A stretch of DNA of 63,384 nt, filler included, from Rhabdomonas costata (lineage: Eukaryota): assembly GCA_019059605.1 (NCBI GenBank). It is 55 parts of 55 records of this genome, joined end to end, with 100 filler letters (N's around TTAATTAATTAA, not from the genome) between each part and the next. Parts side by side here need not be neighbours in the genome. Positions count along the whole stretch, not along the records: positions 62,332 to 63,384 come from JAHMHO010031183.1; 54 more parts are not named here. One strand, given 5' to 3'. Shown piece after piece: positions 63,134 through 63,384 of this stretch. A model generated the notes under the pieces. It had not been told where the DNA came from. It saw only the letters and a list, made by a program, of their open reading frames with translations, and searched no databases. The first letter of the stretch is position 1. Each line of letters starts with the position of its first letter. Both the position numbers and the translations under genes were made by a program.

Positions 63134-63384
63134 GTGTCTGTGTACCGTGCCTCACAAATCACCCCCCCCCATGGGTGTCCGGTTGAATGGCCACGAGGAT
63201 GCGACACGTTGGTCTGCGCTGCACACGATAACGCTGCAGAGCTCCGCTGCAGTCACGACAGCACCAAAGACTTACCACTACCCAAACATATAATACTCGA
63301 TCACCTGCAATATTCGGATGTTCCGCTATGTCACCTGCACGCCCGCCTTCTTCTTGCCTTTCCACCTCAGACTTCATCCTCTCC

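Noticed and set aside
1-63384. Operon-like or system-level linkage between neighbouring genes (for example Cache exon next to cyclase-like exon)
   Set aside because: They lie on separate contigs of near-identical length, so adjacency is arbitrary.

Overview
This is not a contiguous locus. It is 55 unrelated contigs of about 1.05 kb, joined by 54 artificial 100-bp spacers (N44-TTAATTAATTAA-N44), so adjacency across a spacer means nothing. Most contig 5' ends are G/T-only and most 3' ends are A/C-only, and about ten ends carry fold-back hairpins; together these point to degenerate-primer whole-genome amplification. The DNA is from an intron-rich eukaryote, most plausibly a euglenid (inferred from articulin-type VPV repeats, Cache, cyclase-type and His-kinase signalling exons, axonemal dynein and GT microsatellites). 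Recognisable exons include cyclophilin, a GNL1-like GTPase, a histidine kinase HATPase domain, LCM-type and FtsJ-type methyltransferases, a signal-peptide TPR protein (DNAJC3-like), axonemal dynein heavy chain, a CitE-like lyase, articulin and Sel1 repeats. Mobile DNA includes a Ty3/gypsy gag, a CRE-like non-LTR RT fragment and two SINE-like families. The most interesting observations are: (1) a frameshifted, intronless Josephin-like protease ORF present in two copies, suggesting a Josephin-carrying element; (2) a structured ~260-bp SINE-like element with a 16-bp target-site duplication at GT microsatellites; (3) frequent GC donors and one possible GA donor, always after exonic AG; (4) a dispersed non-coding family rich in CGAGCRYAGCGAG motifs. 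All protein assignments come from motif recognition by eye, with no database search.
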